Of a stretch of DNA of 64,000 nucleotides, positions 9,640 through 18,022 are shown piece after piece. The notes under the pieces were generated by a model. It was not told the origin of the DNA and made no database searches. It saw only the letters and a list, made by a program, of their open reading frames with translations. The translations under genes were made by a program, and so were the position numbers. The stretch is from Vulcanimicrobiota bacterium (lineage in GTDB: Bacteria > Vulcanimicrobiota > Vulcanimicrobiia > Eremiobacterales > Eremiobacteraceae), in assembly GCA_963812135.1 (NCBI GenBank), contig CAWETU010000001.1, forward strand, positions 1,344,001 through 1,408,000. The letters are read 5' to 3'. The number at the start of each line of letters is the position of its first letter. The stretch's first letter is position 1.

Positions 9640-10308
9640 ATGACTCGTCAGATCGCTCTCGCACTTGCAATGGCGCTCGCAGTCGTCGGCACTCATGCCG
9701 CGCCAGCGGCCGCTGCGTACGATTTCTACATCCGCATACAGGGACCGAAGCCGACGAAGACGACGTCAGCGGTTGTGCCGAAGCACGTCGCGGTCATCGC
9801 GTTTGAATTCTCCGTTGTGTCGCCACGCGATCCGGCCTCGGGTCAAACAACCGGGAAGCGGCAATGGGGCTCGATCACCATCGTGCGCGAAGCGCCGACC
9901 TCCGCGGCACTAGCGCTCGCCAACGCCGCGGTCATTCCGCCAACGTCGCCAAGTCCAGGCGTCAACGCCGGCATGGTGCACGAAATCGTGACCGTCGGCT
10001 GCGACGGGCTCGACGTCCAGGCGGACTACGGGCAGGGCGCGGTGCGCGGCGTGCTCGCTGCCCAAAGCGTCGATGGGGTGTGCATTTTCGGGGTTTCGAT
10101 GCCGTCGCAGTCGGCAAACGCGATCGTGCGGGTCGGGCTCACGAACACGCCGCCGGGCTGGTCCTTCAACAGCCCGCCGCAATCGAAGTGCGTGCATTCC
10201 GGCGAGACGCTTGACGGGACGCTCGGGGCTTCGCCTGCCATCTTCAGCTTCCAATGGGAAGCGGCGCGTTCCGGCGCTCTGCCACCCGGTCCTTGCGGCA
10301 AGCCGTAA
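9640..10308 (+). CDS. Secreted protein with N-terminal Hcp-like segment and unrelated Cys-containing C-terminus
   Basis: GGAGG RBS; signal MTRQIALALAMALAVVGTHAAPAAA; YDFYIRIQG...FEFSVVSPRDPASGQTTGKRQWGSITIVRE resembles the Hcp1 motif SPRD..SG..TGKRQH.P.TI.KE. Confidence 0.65.
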   Translation: MTRQIALALAMALAVVGTHAAPAAAAYDFYIRIQGPKPTKTTSAVVPKHVAVIAFEFSVVSPRDPASGQTTGKRQWGSITIVREAPTSAALALANAAVIPPTSPSPGVNAGMVHEIVTVGCDGLDVQADYGQGAVRGVLAAQSVDGVCIFGVSMPSQSANAIVRVGLTNTPPGWSFNSPPQSKCVHSGETLDGTLGASPAIFSFQWEAARSGALPPGPCGKP

Positions 10309-10311
10309 GCC

Positions 10312-11169
10312 ATGGACGCAATGAGCTATTGCTGGAGACCCGGCGCGCGCCAGAAACTGCGTAGCTTCCGTCCCGACGACACCGACGGCTACGAAGACAA
10401 GAACGCGGCGAAGCACAAGCTCAAAGCCGACATCAAGAAGCTTCGCAGCTTGCAAGACGTCCTGATCGCCGGCGCCGAGCACGGCATCCTCATCATCTTA
10501 CAGGGGATGGATACGGCCGGCAAAGACAGCGCCATCAAACACGTCATGTCCGGCGTCAATCCACAGGGCATCGACGTGCATAGCTTCAAGGCGCCGACGG
10601 ACGAGGAACGCCGTCACGACTACCTCTGGCGCTGCGCCAAGGTGCTGCCCGAACGCGGCCGCATAGGCATCTTCAACCGTTCCTATTTCGAGGAAACGCT
10701 CATCGTCCGAGTCCAGCCCGAACTGCTCGGGCCAAAGCTCGCGCGCAAGGCGAACGACTCGTTTTGGAAGCGCCGCTACCGCGATATCAACAACTTCGAG
10801 CGCTACCTCGTCGACAATAGGATCCATCTGCTCAAGTTCTACCTGCATCTCTCAAGAGAAGAGCAGGCGAGACGACTGCTCGCGCGGCTCGAACAGCCCG
10901 ACAAGCACTGGAAGTTCTCGCTGTCGGACCTGCAGCAGCGCGCGTTCTGGCCCAAATACGAAAAAGTCTACGAAGAGATGCTCAACGCGACGAGCACGCC
11001 GTGGGCGCCGTGGCACGTCGTGCCGGCCGATCATAAGTGGTTCGCGCATATCGTCATCGCCGACACGATCGTGCGCAAGCTGCGCTCCCTCAAGCTCGAA
11101 TACCCGGCGCTGCCGCCGCAGATGAAGAATGCGATCCGCGAGGCCAAGAAGCGTCTGGAGCGCGAGTGA
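10312..11169 (+). CDS. ppk2: Polyphosphate kinase 2 family (polyphosphate:nucleotide phosphotransferase)
   Basis: QGMDTAGKD, SFKAPT, IFNRSYFE, KHWKFS, PWHVVPADHKW motifs. Confidence 0.92.
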   Translation: MDAMSYCWRPGARQKLRSFRPDDTDGYEDKNAAKHKLKADIKKLRSLQDVLIAGAEHGILIILQGMDTAGKDSAIKHVMSGVNPQGIDVHSFKAPTDEERRHDYLWRCAKVLPERGRIGIFNRSYFEETLIVRVQPELLGPKLARKANDSFWKRRYRDINNFERYLVDNRIHLLKFYLHLSREEQARRLLARLEQPDKHWKFSLSDLQQRAFWPKYEKVYEEMLNATSTPWAPWHVVPADHKWFAHIVIADTIVRKLRSLKLEYPALPPQMKNAIREAKKRLERE

Positions 11170-12119
11170 AAGCGTTGCACCGTCCGCCGTCGCCGGAGAT
11201 CGCCCGTGCCGCCGCCGCGCGGATCGCGCCCTACGTCAAGCGGACCCCGGTCATCGAGAACGACGGCCTCATCTACAAGCTCGAATGCTTGCAGGTCACC
11301 GGGTCGTTCAAGCCGCGCGGCGCGTTCAACGCGGGGCTGCAGCTGGACGACGAGGCAAAGGCGCGTGGCCTCGTCGCGGTGAGCGGCGGCAATCATGGCG
11401 TGGCCGTGGCTCACGTCGGCAAGCGCCTCGGGATCCGAACAACCGTGTTGATGCCCAACACCACGCCGTCTTGGGTCGTCGAACGCGCGCGGAACGACGA
11501 CGCAGAAGTGCTGCTCTTCGAGTCGATCGCCGACGCATTCGTCGACATGGAACGGCGCACCGCCGCCGGCCAGACGCCGCTGCATCCCTTCGATGACGCG
11601 CGGGTCATGGCGGGCCAGGGCACGATCGGGCTCGAGATGCTCGAGGATATCCCCGACCTGGAGACGGTCGTCATCTCGATCGGCGGCGGCGGAATGATCG
11701 CGGGCATCGCGTCGGTCGTAAAGGCGGTGCGCCCGCAGGTCCGGGTGTACGGCGTGGAGACGATCGGCGCCGACGCGATGCGCAAGGCGCTCGACGCGGG
11801 TCATCCGGTCGCGCTCGAACGCATCGCGTCGATCGCCCGGACGCTTGGCGCTCCGATCGTCAGCGAGTCGACGCTCGCCGCCACTCGGGCGCTGGTCGAC
11901 GACGTCGTGGTCGTCACGGACGCGGAAGCCGTCCGCTCGATCGTCGAGTTGCAGTCCGCCTTGAACCTCACGGTCGAGCCGGCCTCGGCGTGCTGCCACG
12001 CCGCGCTTCGTCTTGGGCTGGTGCCGCGCAGCTCGAAGGGCGCGACCGCTATCGTCTTGTGCGGCAGCAACATCGGACTTGACGAGCTCGAGCAATGGCG
12101 GCGCAGGTTCGGCGTATGA
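11166..12119 (+). CDS. PLP-dependent threonine/serine dehydratase family protein
   Basis: KLECLQVTGSFKPRGA, SGGNHG, HPFDD...AGQGT, IGGGGM; GTG start overlapping the ppk2 stop. Confidence 0.88.
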   Translation: MKALHRPPSPEIARAAAARIAPYVKRTPVIENDGLIYKLECLQVTGSFKPRGAFNAGLQLDDEAKARGLVAVSGGNHGVAVAHVGKRLGIRTTVLMPNTTPSWVVERARNDDAEVLLFESIADAFVDMERRTAAGQTPLHPFDDARVMAGQGTIGLEMLEDIPDLETVVISIGGGGMIAGIASVVKAVRPQVRVYGVETIGADAMRKALDAGHPVALERIASIARTLGAPIVSESTLAATRALVDDVVVVTDAEAVRSIVELQSALNLTVEPASACCHAALRLGLVPRSSKGATAIVLCGSNIGLDELEQWRRRFGV

Positions 12120-12135
12120 TTCGCGCACGGGGCGC

Positions 12136-12768
12136 ATGAAGGTCATCGCGGTCGCGTTCGGCGCGGCGTTCGCGATGCTTGCGGCCTCTCCGACGCCGAC
12201 GCCGACACCCGCTCAGGTGAGGACCATCACGCTCACGCCGGTGGAACTGGCGAGCGCGTCCGCCAAAGAGTGCGCGGGTCCGCTGGCAGCGCCGTACGCG
12301 CATCTATCCGGCACGATCTTCGTCGGTGTGGTGATCCGCGGCCAGACCACATGCCCTGCGTATCAGGGCTTGGTGCGGTTCGATCTCGATGGGCTTGACG
12401 CGGCCTCGATCGCCAGTGCGAAGCTGTTCTACGAGTCAAAACAGAACTATAAGGCAGACGGCAGCACGGAACGAGGTCGCGCGTTGTGCGTCGGCGCGAT
12501 CGGCACGACCGCGGCATCGTGGACGTCCGACGAGAAGCCGATCAGTCCTCCGTTGGAGATGAAGGACCTATTTCGGCCTGCGCGCGGCCCGTTCAAAGCA
12601 CCTCCGTTGGACGTGACGGCGTTCTTGCGCGCTCACCTCGACGACGTCAAGGCCAACGGGATCGTGCTAAACGGAGCGCTCGAGGATCCGACCGCGCGCC
12701 GGTGCCTCGCGGCGGTCGGTCAGATCGAACTGCGCCTCGGGATAAGCGCCGCGCCGGAAACGCGATAA
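12136..12768 (+). CDS. Secreted protein, DNRLRE-like beta domain
   Basis: Signal peptide + PTPTP linker; GLVRFDLDGL...IASAKLFY and LDVTAFL...NGIVL resemble DNRLRE-domain motifs. Confidence 0.55.
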   Translation: MKVIAVAFGAAFAMLAASPTPTPTPAQVRTITLTPVELASASAKECAGPLAAPYAHLSGTIFVGVVIRGQTTCPAYQGLVRFDLDGLDAASIASAKLFYESKQNYKADGSTERGRALCVGAIGTTAASWTSDEKPISPPLEMKDLFRPARGPFKAPPLDVTAFLRAHLDDVKANGIVLNGALEDPTARRCLAAVGQIELRLGISAAPETR

Positions 12769-12775
12769 ACTGAGT

Positions 12776-12811
12776 ACGAAAAGCACCCGAGCGCGCTCGG
12801 GTGCTTTTCGT
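12776..12811. terminator. Bidirectional intrinsic terminator
   Basis: ACGAAAAGCACCCGAGCGCGCTCGGGTGCTTTTCGT palindrome between convergent genes. Confidence 0.8.
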
Positions 12812-12847
12812 TGCGCTCCGCGGAGCGGTCTTAGGTCGTCGGGCTGT

Positions 12848-13111
12848 TCACGCTGCGACGCGCCGGCCCGTGACCGCTCTAATGATGAGCAACAATACGA
12901 CGCCGCCGACGAACGCCACGACGATGCTCCAGATGTTCAACCCTGTGGCGCCGATGTGGCCGAAGTAGTTGAACAGCCAGCCGCCGAGTATGGCGCCGAT
13001 GACGCCGACGATCAAATCGCCGAGCACGCCGCCAGGGCCCTCGCCCGGCACAACCGATTTAGCGAGGAAGCCGGCGATGATGCCGACGACGATCCAAGCA
13101 ATGATATCCAT
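12848..13111 (-). CDS. GlsB/YeaQ/YmgE (transglycosylase-associated) stress membrane protein
   Basis: MDIIAWIVVGIIAGFLAK...GDLIVGVIGAILGGWLF...SIVVAFVGGVVLL. Confidence 0.92.
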   Translation of the reverse strand: MDIIAWIVVGIIAGFLAKSVVPGEGPGGVLGDLIVGVIGAILGGWLFNYFGHIGATGLNIWSIVVAFVGGVVLLLIIRAVTGRRVAA

Positions 13112-13388
13112 AGTGGTTTCAGCTCCTCTTTTTCACAACTGCGAATGATGGGTATGTTGTCTCCGTGAAAGACCTCATCAAAACCACGTCCAATCCGAGG
13201 CATAACAGGCGTTTTGGAGCCTGCGCGGGACAGCGATTGGAGGTATGAAGCGCAATTAAGCAAGTAAGATAGATTGATTGACTGCAAAATAGAGACTTTG
13301 CACCTCCCGCGTCGAACACCACAGGTTGAAATACCGTAAGGATGCTAGGGTCACGGACAATAGAATAAATTCGGGGGGTCGTTTTTTT

Positions 13389-13679
13389 ATGGTTGAGAAG
13401 GACGGGCGAATCTATCTTCGTCGCGTCTCGATGAATTTACCGGAGCCCCTGTTGATCGATGTCCAAGAGCTCGCGTTGAAGTTGCGCCGCAGTGGCACTC
13501 AGGTCTCGCTGTCAGCGCTCGTCGAAGTCGCACTCAAAGAACTTGTCGCTCGAGACAACGTCGTGGCCACCGTGCGCAAACACGGTGCAAGCGCACGGCG
13601 AAACGTGAGCGGTCTTAACGGGGCCGCCACCGATCGGAAGGCCATGACCAAAGTCCGCGTCGACGGTAAGGCCAGCTAA
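13389..13679 (+). CDS. Hypothetical ribbon-helix-helix-like DNA-binding protein
   Basis: RRVSMNLPEPLL...LALKL...VSLSALVEVALKELV fits the strand-helix-helix pattern. Confidence 0.5.
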   Translation: MVEKDGRIYLRRVSMNLPEPLLIDVQELALKLRRSGTQVSLSALVEVALKELVARDNVVATVRKHGASARRNVSGLNGAATDRKAMTKVRVDGKAS

Positions 13680-13777
13680 GGCCGACCTAGTCGAGCGCGG
13701 ACTCAAATGCCGCGACGGCGGATCACCGCTGTCTGGTCTGCAGCCGCTGTCCTTTCACGATTTGACTCCGAGCACCA

Positions 13778-14032
13778 TCACTTCTCAAGCTTGTCGCGCA
13801 GTTCGCGCTTCGTCTTGTCGGCCTCAGCTGCGACCTTGTGGCCGGCCTCTTTGATGACCGAGCCCGCTTTTTCGGTCGTCGTCATCGCGTCACCGGCGAT
13901 CGCGCGCTTGGCCTCCTCGGCGCCCGCTGCGACGCGGTGTTCGAGTTCTTGGGCCGCGTCTTTGACGTCGGCCTCGGCGTGTTGCAGTTTGTCGGTCGCC
14001 CGTTTTTCGGCTTCGGTGCGTTGTGTGTCCAT
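13778..14032 (-). CDS. LEA/CsbD-like hydrophilic stress protein
   Basis: AGGAGG RBS; 84 aa, Ala/Glu/Lys-rich and helical; GTTT-N16-GGGGAT promoter at 14065-14090 (minus). Confidence 0.7.
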   Translation of the reverse strand: MDTQRTEAEKRATDKLQHAEADVKDAAQELEHRVAAGAEEAKRAIAGDAMTTTEKAGSVIKEAGHKVAAEADKTKRELRDKLEK

Positions 14033-14130
14033 GAGTACCTCCTGGTTTCCAGTGCACGTGCCGTATCCCCACGCGCCCAAGGGGGCAAACCTGGGTATAG
14101 TACCTTAGGCAAAGGGATATCTAAAGCGAC

Positions 14131-16521
14131 TTGAACCTAACGACGAGACAAAAAGCATGGATGATCGCCGCCATATTCGCTGCGACCATCGCGGTCGCAT
14201 TGCTCGACTATGCGATGCCGGCGATCTCGTTGAGTCCGCTTGCGTTCATCTTCGTCATCGCGATGTCGGCCGTCGCCGGCCTGAGGTGGGGCCTTGGGCT
14301 CGCTTTGTTCGCCGCGCCGCTCTACACGTTCGCTGACCGGAGCCTAATCGGGGTTCCCAGTGGCCCGGCCTACATCAACAGCCTCATCATGTTCGCTGCG
14401 CTGGCGACGACCGTCGTGCTTGTCGCGGTCAGCCGCGATCGTTTTGCCGCCGCCCGATTGGCAGCGAAAGACCTCGAGCAGACACGCGCTGAGAATGAGG
14501 CGCTTCGGCAGCTGCATTTGGCGCAAGATGCGGCGCGCCTGGCGGAACGACGCTACCGGGAGCTCGGCGAATCACTGCCCTTCGGGATCTGGCAGCTGGA
14601 TGCGTCTGGCACGAACCTGCTCTACGTGAGCGATTCATTCACCCAGATGCTTGGGATGACCAAAGAGCACATCGTCGAAGGCGGCTGGATGCAGCGGGTG
14701 CCCACGCAGGATCGCGAGCAATTCATCGCTGCGTGGGCCGCTCGCGATCCCGATCGCGTCTTCGAAGGAGAGTATCGCATCCGCGGCGCGGATGGCAAGC
14801 AGTACTGGATCTTGTCGCGTGGCGTTGCGATGCGCGACGAGAACAACGACGTGAGCGGCTGGGTGGGATTCTCGCTGGACGTGACCTCTCGCCGTCAGGG
14901 AACCGATCAAGTCGCGTTCTTGGCCGAGCTCAGCCGGGTTCTTTCGCTATCGCTGGATCCGGCGACGACGCTCGAACGTACTGCGCAGCTCATGGTCCCG
15001 CGTGTGGCGGACTGGTACGCGGTCGACCTGCTCACTGAGAGCGGTAACGTCGAGCGCGTGTTGATGGTGCATTCGGATCCGACCTTGACGCTGCAGGCGC
15101 GCGCGCTGCTCAAGCATGCTCCGAGAGACCTTTCGTTTCCAGAAGGCGCGCCGCATGTCATCGCGACCGGCAGGCCGGCGACCTACGATCGCCTGCCCGC
15201 GGACGCCGTGGCCCAATTGCGAGACGACGATCCGCTGCGGGCGGTGCTCGAGCAGTTCGCCTCTTGTTCGGCGATCGTCGTGCCGCTGGCCGCGCGCGAC
15301 CGCACGATCGGCGCGTTGACGTTTGTCTCGTGCGACACCGAGAAGCATTTCGATTCTGACGACTTACTGTTCGCGTATCTGATCTCTCGACGAGTCGCCA
15401 TCGCGTACGATAACGCGCAGCTCTACGCTCGCGAGCATCAGGTGGCCGACATCTTGCAGCGCGCATCGCTGCCTGAGACGCTGCCCGAGGTGCCAAGCAT
15501 GAGCATCCGAGCGTTCTACGTGCCGGGCGCGCGCGAGGCCGAGATCGGCGGCGACTGGTACGACGCGTTTCAACTGCCCGACGGCAGGCTCGCATTGTCC
15601 ATCGGCGACGTCGCCGGCAAGGGGTTGCAGGCCGCGGCGACGATGAACAGCGTGCGTTTGGGCCTGCGCGCGGCCGCTTTCGAGAATCTGCCGCCGGCAG
15701 CCGTCATGGCGCGCGCGAATCAGCTGCTGCTCAACGACAAGCCGACGATGGTGACTGCGATCTTCGGCATATTGGACGCGGTGACGCAACGTTTCACGTG
15801 CTCGATCGCCGGGCATCCCATGCCGGTGCTCATTGATGCCGCAGGTAACGCCACGTCACCGGAACCCGTGTCCCCGCCGTTGGGAGTGTTCCGCGAAAGC
15901 ACCTTCCCGGAACAGAGCCTGGACATCGGGCTTGGATCGCTCTTGATCCTGTTCACCGACGGATTGATCGAAGTCGAGCGCGACATCTCGGCCGGCGAGA
16001 TGCGCCTGCGCGAGGCTGGTCGTCTCGCGTTGCAGCGAGGCGAACCCAATGCCGCGCGGTTTATCGCCGAAACGCTGGTCGGCATCGCGCCGAGCGATGA
16101 CGTCGCGGTGCTCACCGTCGCCACTTCCGTGGAACCCTTGCGCGAACTGGACTTGACCCTGCCTGCACTGCCCACGAGCGGGAGGCTCTTCCGCCAAGCC
16201 CTACACCGCCTGTATCTGGCTGTCGGCTTACCTGAGGATCGCATCGCGAGCATGCAGGTCGCCGCGGGCGAGGCGATCATGAACGCCATCGAGCACGCGT
16301 ACGGCGTGCGTGGGGGGCTCGTGCGCGTCCGCGGAACGGTGGAGAGCGGCAAACTCGTCATCGAGGTAAGCGACCGCGGACGTTGGCGCGCGCCGCGTGA
16401 TGACGACCGCGGTCGCGGCCTCGAGATCATGTCGGGTCTGGTCGGCGACGTGACGGTCGACCGCAGCAAAGAAGGCACGGTGGTGCGGCTGGTCTCTCCG
16501 GTCGGTGAAAGCGCCTTTTGA
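14131..16521 (+). CDS. Membrane sensor: TM-PAS-GAF-SpoIIE/PP2C phosphatase-RsbW-like HATPase fusion
   Basis: N-terminal TMs; PAS (EYRIRGADG..YWILSRG); GAF (IVVPLAARDRTIGAL); PP2C (EIGGDWYD, IGDVAGKG, FTDGL, DDVA); HATPase (GEAIMNAIEHAY, DRGRW, GRGL). Confidence 0.9.
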   Translation: MNLTTRQKAWMIAAIFAATIAVALLDYAMPAISLSPLAFIFVIAMSAVAGLRWGLGLALFAAPLYTFADRSLIGVPSGPAYINSLIMFAALATTVVLVAVSRDRFAAARLAAKDLEQTRAENEALRQLHLAQDAARLAERRYRELGESLPFGIWQLDASGTNLLYVSDSFTQMLGMTKEHIVEGGWMQRVPTQDREQFIAAWAARDPDRVFEGEYRIRGADGKQYWILSRGVAMRDENNDVSGWVGFSLDVTSRRQGTDQVAFLAELSRVLSLSLDPATTLERTAQLMVPRVADWYAVDLLTESGNVERVLMVHSDPTLTLQARALLKHAPRDLSFPEGAPHVIATGRPATYDRLPADAVAQLRDDDPLRAVLEQFASCSAIVVPLAARDRTIGALTFVSCDTEKHFDSDDLLFAYLISRRVAIAYDNAQLYAREHQVADILQRASLPETLPEVPSMSIRAFYVPGAREAEIGGDWYDAFQLPDGRLALSIGDVAGKGLQAAATMNSVRLGLRAAAFENLPPAAVMARANQLLLNDKPTMVTAIFGILDAVTQRFTCSIAGHPMPVLIDAAGNATSPEPVSPPLGVFRESTFPEQSLDIGLGSLLILFTDGLIEVERDISAGEMRLREAGRLALQRGEPNAARFIAETLVGIAPSDDVAVLTVATSVEPLRELDLTLPALPTSGRLFRQALHRLYLAVGLPEDRIASMQVAAGEAIMNAIEHAYGVRGGLVRVRGTVESGKLVIEVSDRGRWRAPRDDDRGRGLEIMSGLVGDVTVDRSKEGTVVRLVSPVGESAF

Positions 16522-16877
16522 CGCCCGACGCACATCTCTCGAGGCAAGTGGTCGAAGGGGTTGCCGTCGTGGTCGCGCGTGGCGAGATCGACATCGGGAA
16601 CGTCAACGAGCTTCGAGCGTTTCTCGAGACGTCGACCGATCCTGACGGTCCGGGCATCGTGGTCGACCTAAGCGACGCGACCTATTTCGACAGTCGCACG
16701 ATTGCGACGCTCGCTGAATTCTGCGCGCGTATGCGCGTCAGCCGCCAACGGCTCGCCATCGTGGCCGCCGACGGCGGCTTCGCCGCTAAGGTGCTGCGCA
16801 TCGCCGGGCTGACGCTGATCGTGCCGACCTTTCCGGGGGTCGCGGACGCGGTCGCGCTCGTCAAACGCCCGGGCTAG
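16518..16877 (+). CDS. STAS anti-sigma factor antagonist (RsbV-like)
   Basis: GEIDIGN...VVDLSDATYFDS with the phosphoacceptor Ser; start overlaps the upstream stop. Confidence 0.88.
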   Translation: MTPDAHLSRQVVEGVAVVVARGEIDIGNVNELRAFLETSTDPDGPGIVVDLSDATYFDSRTIATLAEFCARMRVSRQRLAIVAADGGFAAKVLRIAGLTLIVPTFPGVADAVALVKRPG

Positions 16878-17029
16878 GCGACCCGTCTGCCGGTAACGAG
16901 GTTGATCACGAACACGACGAGCGCGATCACCAGCAGAATATGGATGAGCGCCCCGCCGATATGCATCAGCAACCCGATCAGCCATAGGACGAACAACACG
17001 ACGATAATCGTCCAGAGCAAGTTAGCCAT
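16874..17029 (-). CDS. lmo0937-family (DUF5670) small membrane protein
   Basis: MANLLWTIIVVLFVLWLIGLLMHIGGALIHILLVIALVVFVINLVTGRR; GTTT-N16-GGGAAT promoter at 17076-17101 (minus). Confidence 0.88.
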   Translation of the reverse strand: MANLLWTIIVVLFVLWLIGLLMHIGGALIHILLVIALVVFVINLVTGRRVA

Positions 17030-17136
17030 TCGTTCAATCTCCTCAGGAAGTTTGGGCAAAGTATCCCACACTCATATTCCCGACAACGACGCGCCGCAAA
17101 CAATTTGAGGCGCTGTTTGCGCGCGTCTCCCGCGGG

Positions 17137-17349
17137 CTATGTGGATTGCGGATTAGGTGCAGCCGTCGCGGGCGGCGCGGCGGTGGGTTGGACCACCGTC
17201 GTCGACGTGTTATTGGTCGTCGATGTTGGCGCCGTCGTCCACGGGTGCCACGCGAACATCACGATGAGCGCCGCGATCACCACGACCGCGACGATGCCGA
17301 AAATGGTCGGGCCGTTGTTCGTATCGCGGACCTCGGGTGTGTAGCTCAT
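17137..17349 (-). CDS. Small single-pass membrane protein with Thr/Pro-rich tail
   Basis: AAAGGAG RBS; MSYTPEVRDTNNGPTIFGIVAVVVIAALIVMFAWHPW... Confidence 0.7.
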   Translation of the reverse strand: MSYTPEVRDTNNGPTIFGIVAVVVIAALIVMFAWHPWTTAPTSTTNNTSTTVVQPTAAPPATAAPNPQST

Positions 17350-17390
17350 GAAACTTGCATCTCCTTTTTCGAGCGGTGCTGCGACCACGT

Positions 17391-17422
17391 ATACCCGCTT
17401 CATTTCGCACTCTAACGGGTAT
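17391..17422. promoter_or_regulatory. Overlapping divergent SigB-like promoter pair
   Basis: ATACCC-GCTT-N12-TAAC-GGGTAT: plus GCTT-N16-GGGTAT, minus GTTA-N16-GGGTAT. Confidence 0.6.
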
Positions 17423-17431
17423 AAGAACGAC

Positions 17432-18013
17432 ATGAGTACGATACAACATCGCGCGCAACTGTTCGCCCTCGCATGTGCTTGTTTGGCCGCGCTGACCATC
17501 GCTGGCTGCACGCAGAAAGGCGCTGCAACCACGAACCTCGGCGACAAGCTCGCGCCGTTCGCGCAGACAAGAAGCCAGGCGATCGCCATGGTGACGAACG
17601 CGAAGCGCGTATTCGACGCACCGTCGATCAACCAGCTGATGCTGGCCTACACGGATCTTGAGCTCAAGAGCAACGCGTATGCCGGTTTCCTTGTCGAGTC
17701 CGCCAAGACCGGCACGTTCGATACGCGCAAGAACGATGAGTACGCGTTCGGATTGCGCAGCGCCATCGGCGCGTTCAACGTGACGTACGCGACGCTGCAG
17801 AGCGCATCGCCGACTCCGTCAAAGGCCATGACTTCGACGTGGCTGTCCGACGCTTGGGTCGCGCCGTTCGCGCAGTCGGTCCAAGCGTATTGGGAGCGGT
17901 ATCACGACACGCTGGCGTCGTCGCCGCAGACGGTAGCCTACGTCACGCAGCAGATCAAGAGCGACACGATCTACCCGAACTTCGAAGACATCGCCACCGA
18001 GCGCATCCGCTAG
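17432..18013 (+). CDS. Hypothetical lipoprotein
   Basis: Lipobox-like IAG-C after a hydrophobic stretch (LFALACACLAALTIAGC). Confidence 0.7.
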   Translation: MSTIQHRAQLFALACACLAALTIAGCTQKGAATTNLGDKLAPFAQTRSQAIAMVTNAKRVFDAPSINQLMLAYTDLELKSNAYAGFLVESAKTGTFDTRKNDEYAFGLRSAIGAFNVTYATLQSASPTPSKAMTSTWLSDAWVAPFAQSVQAYWERYHDTLASSPQTVAYVTQQIKSDTIYPNFEDIATERIR

Positions 18014-18022
18014 ACCACGCGC

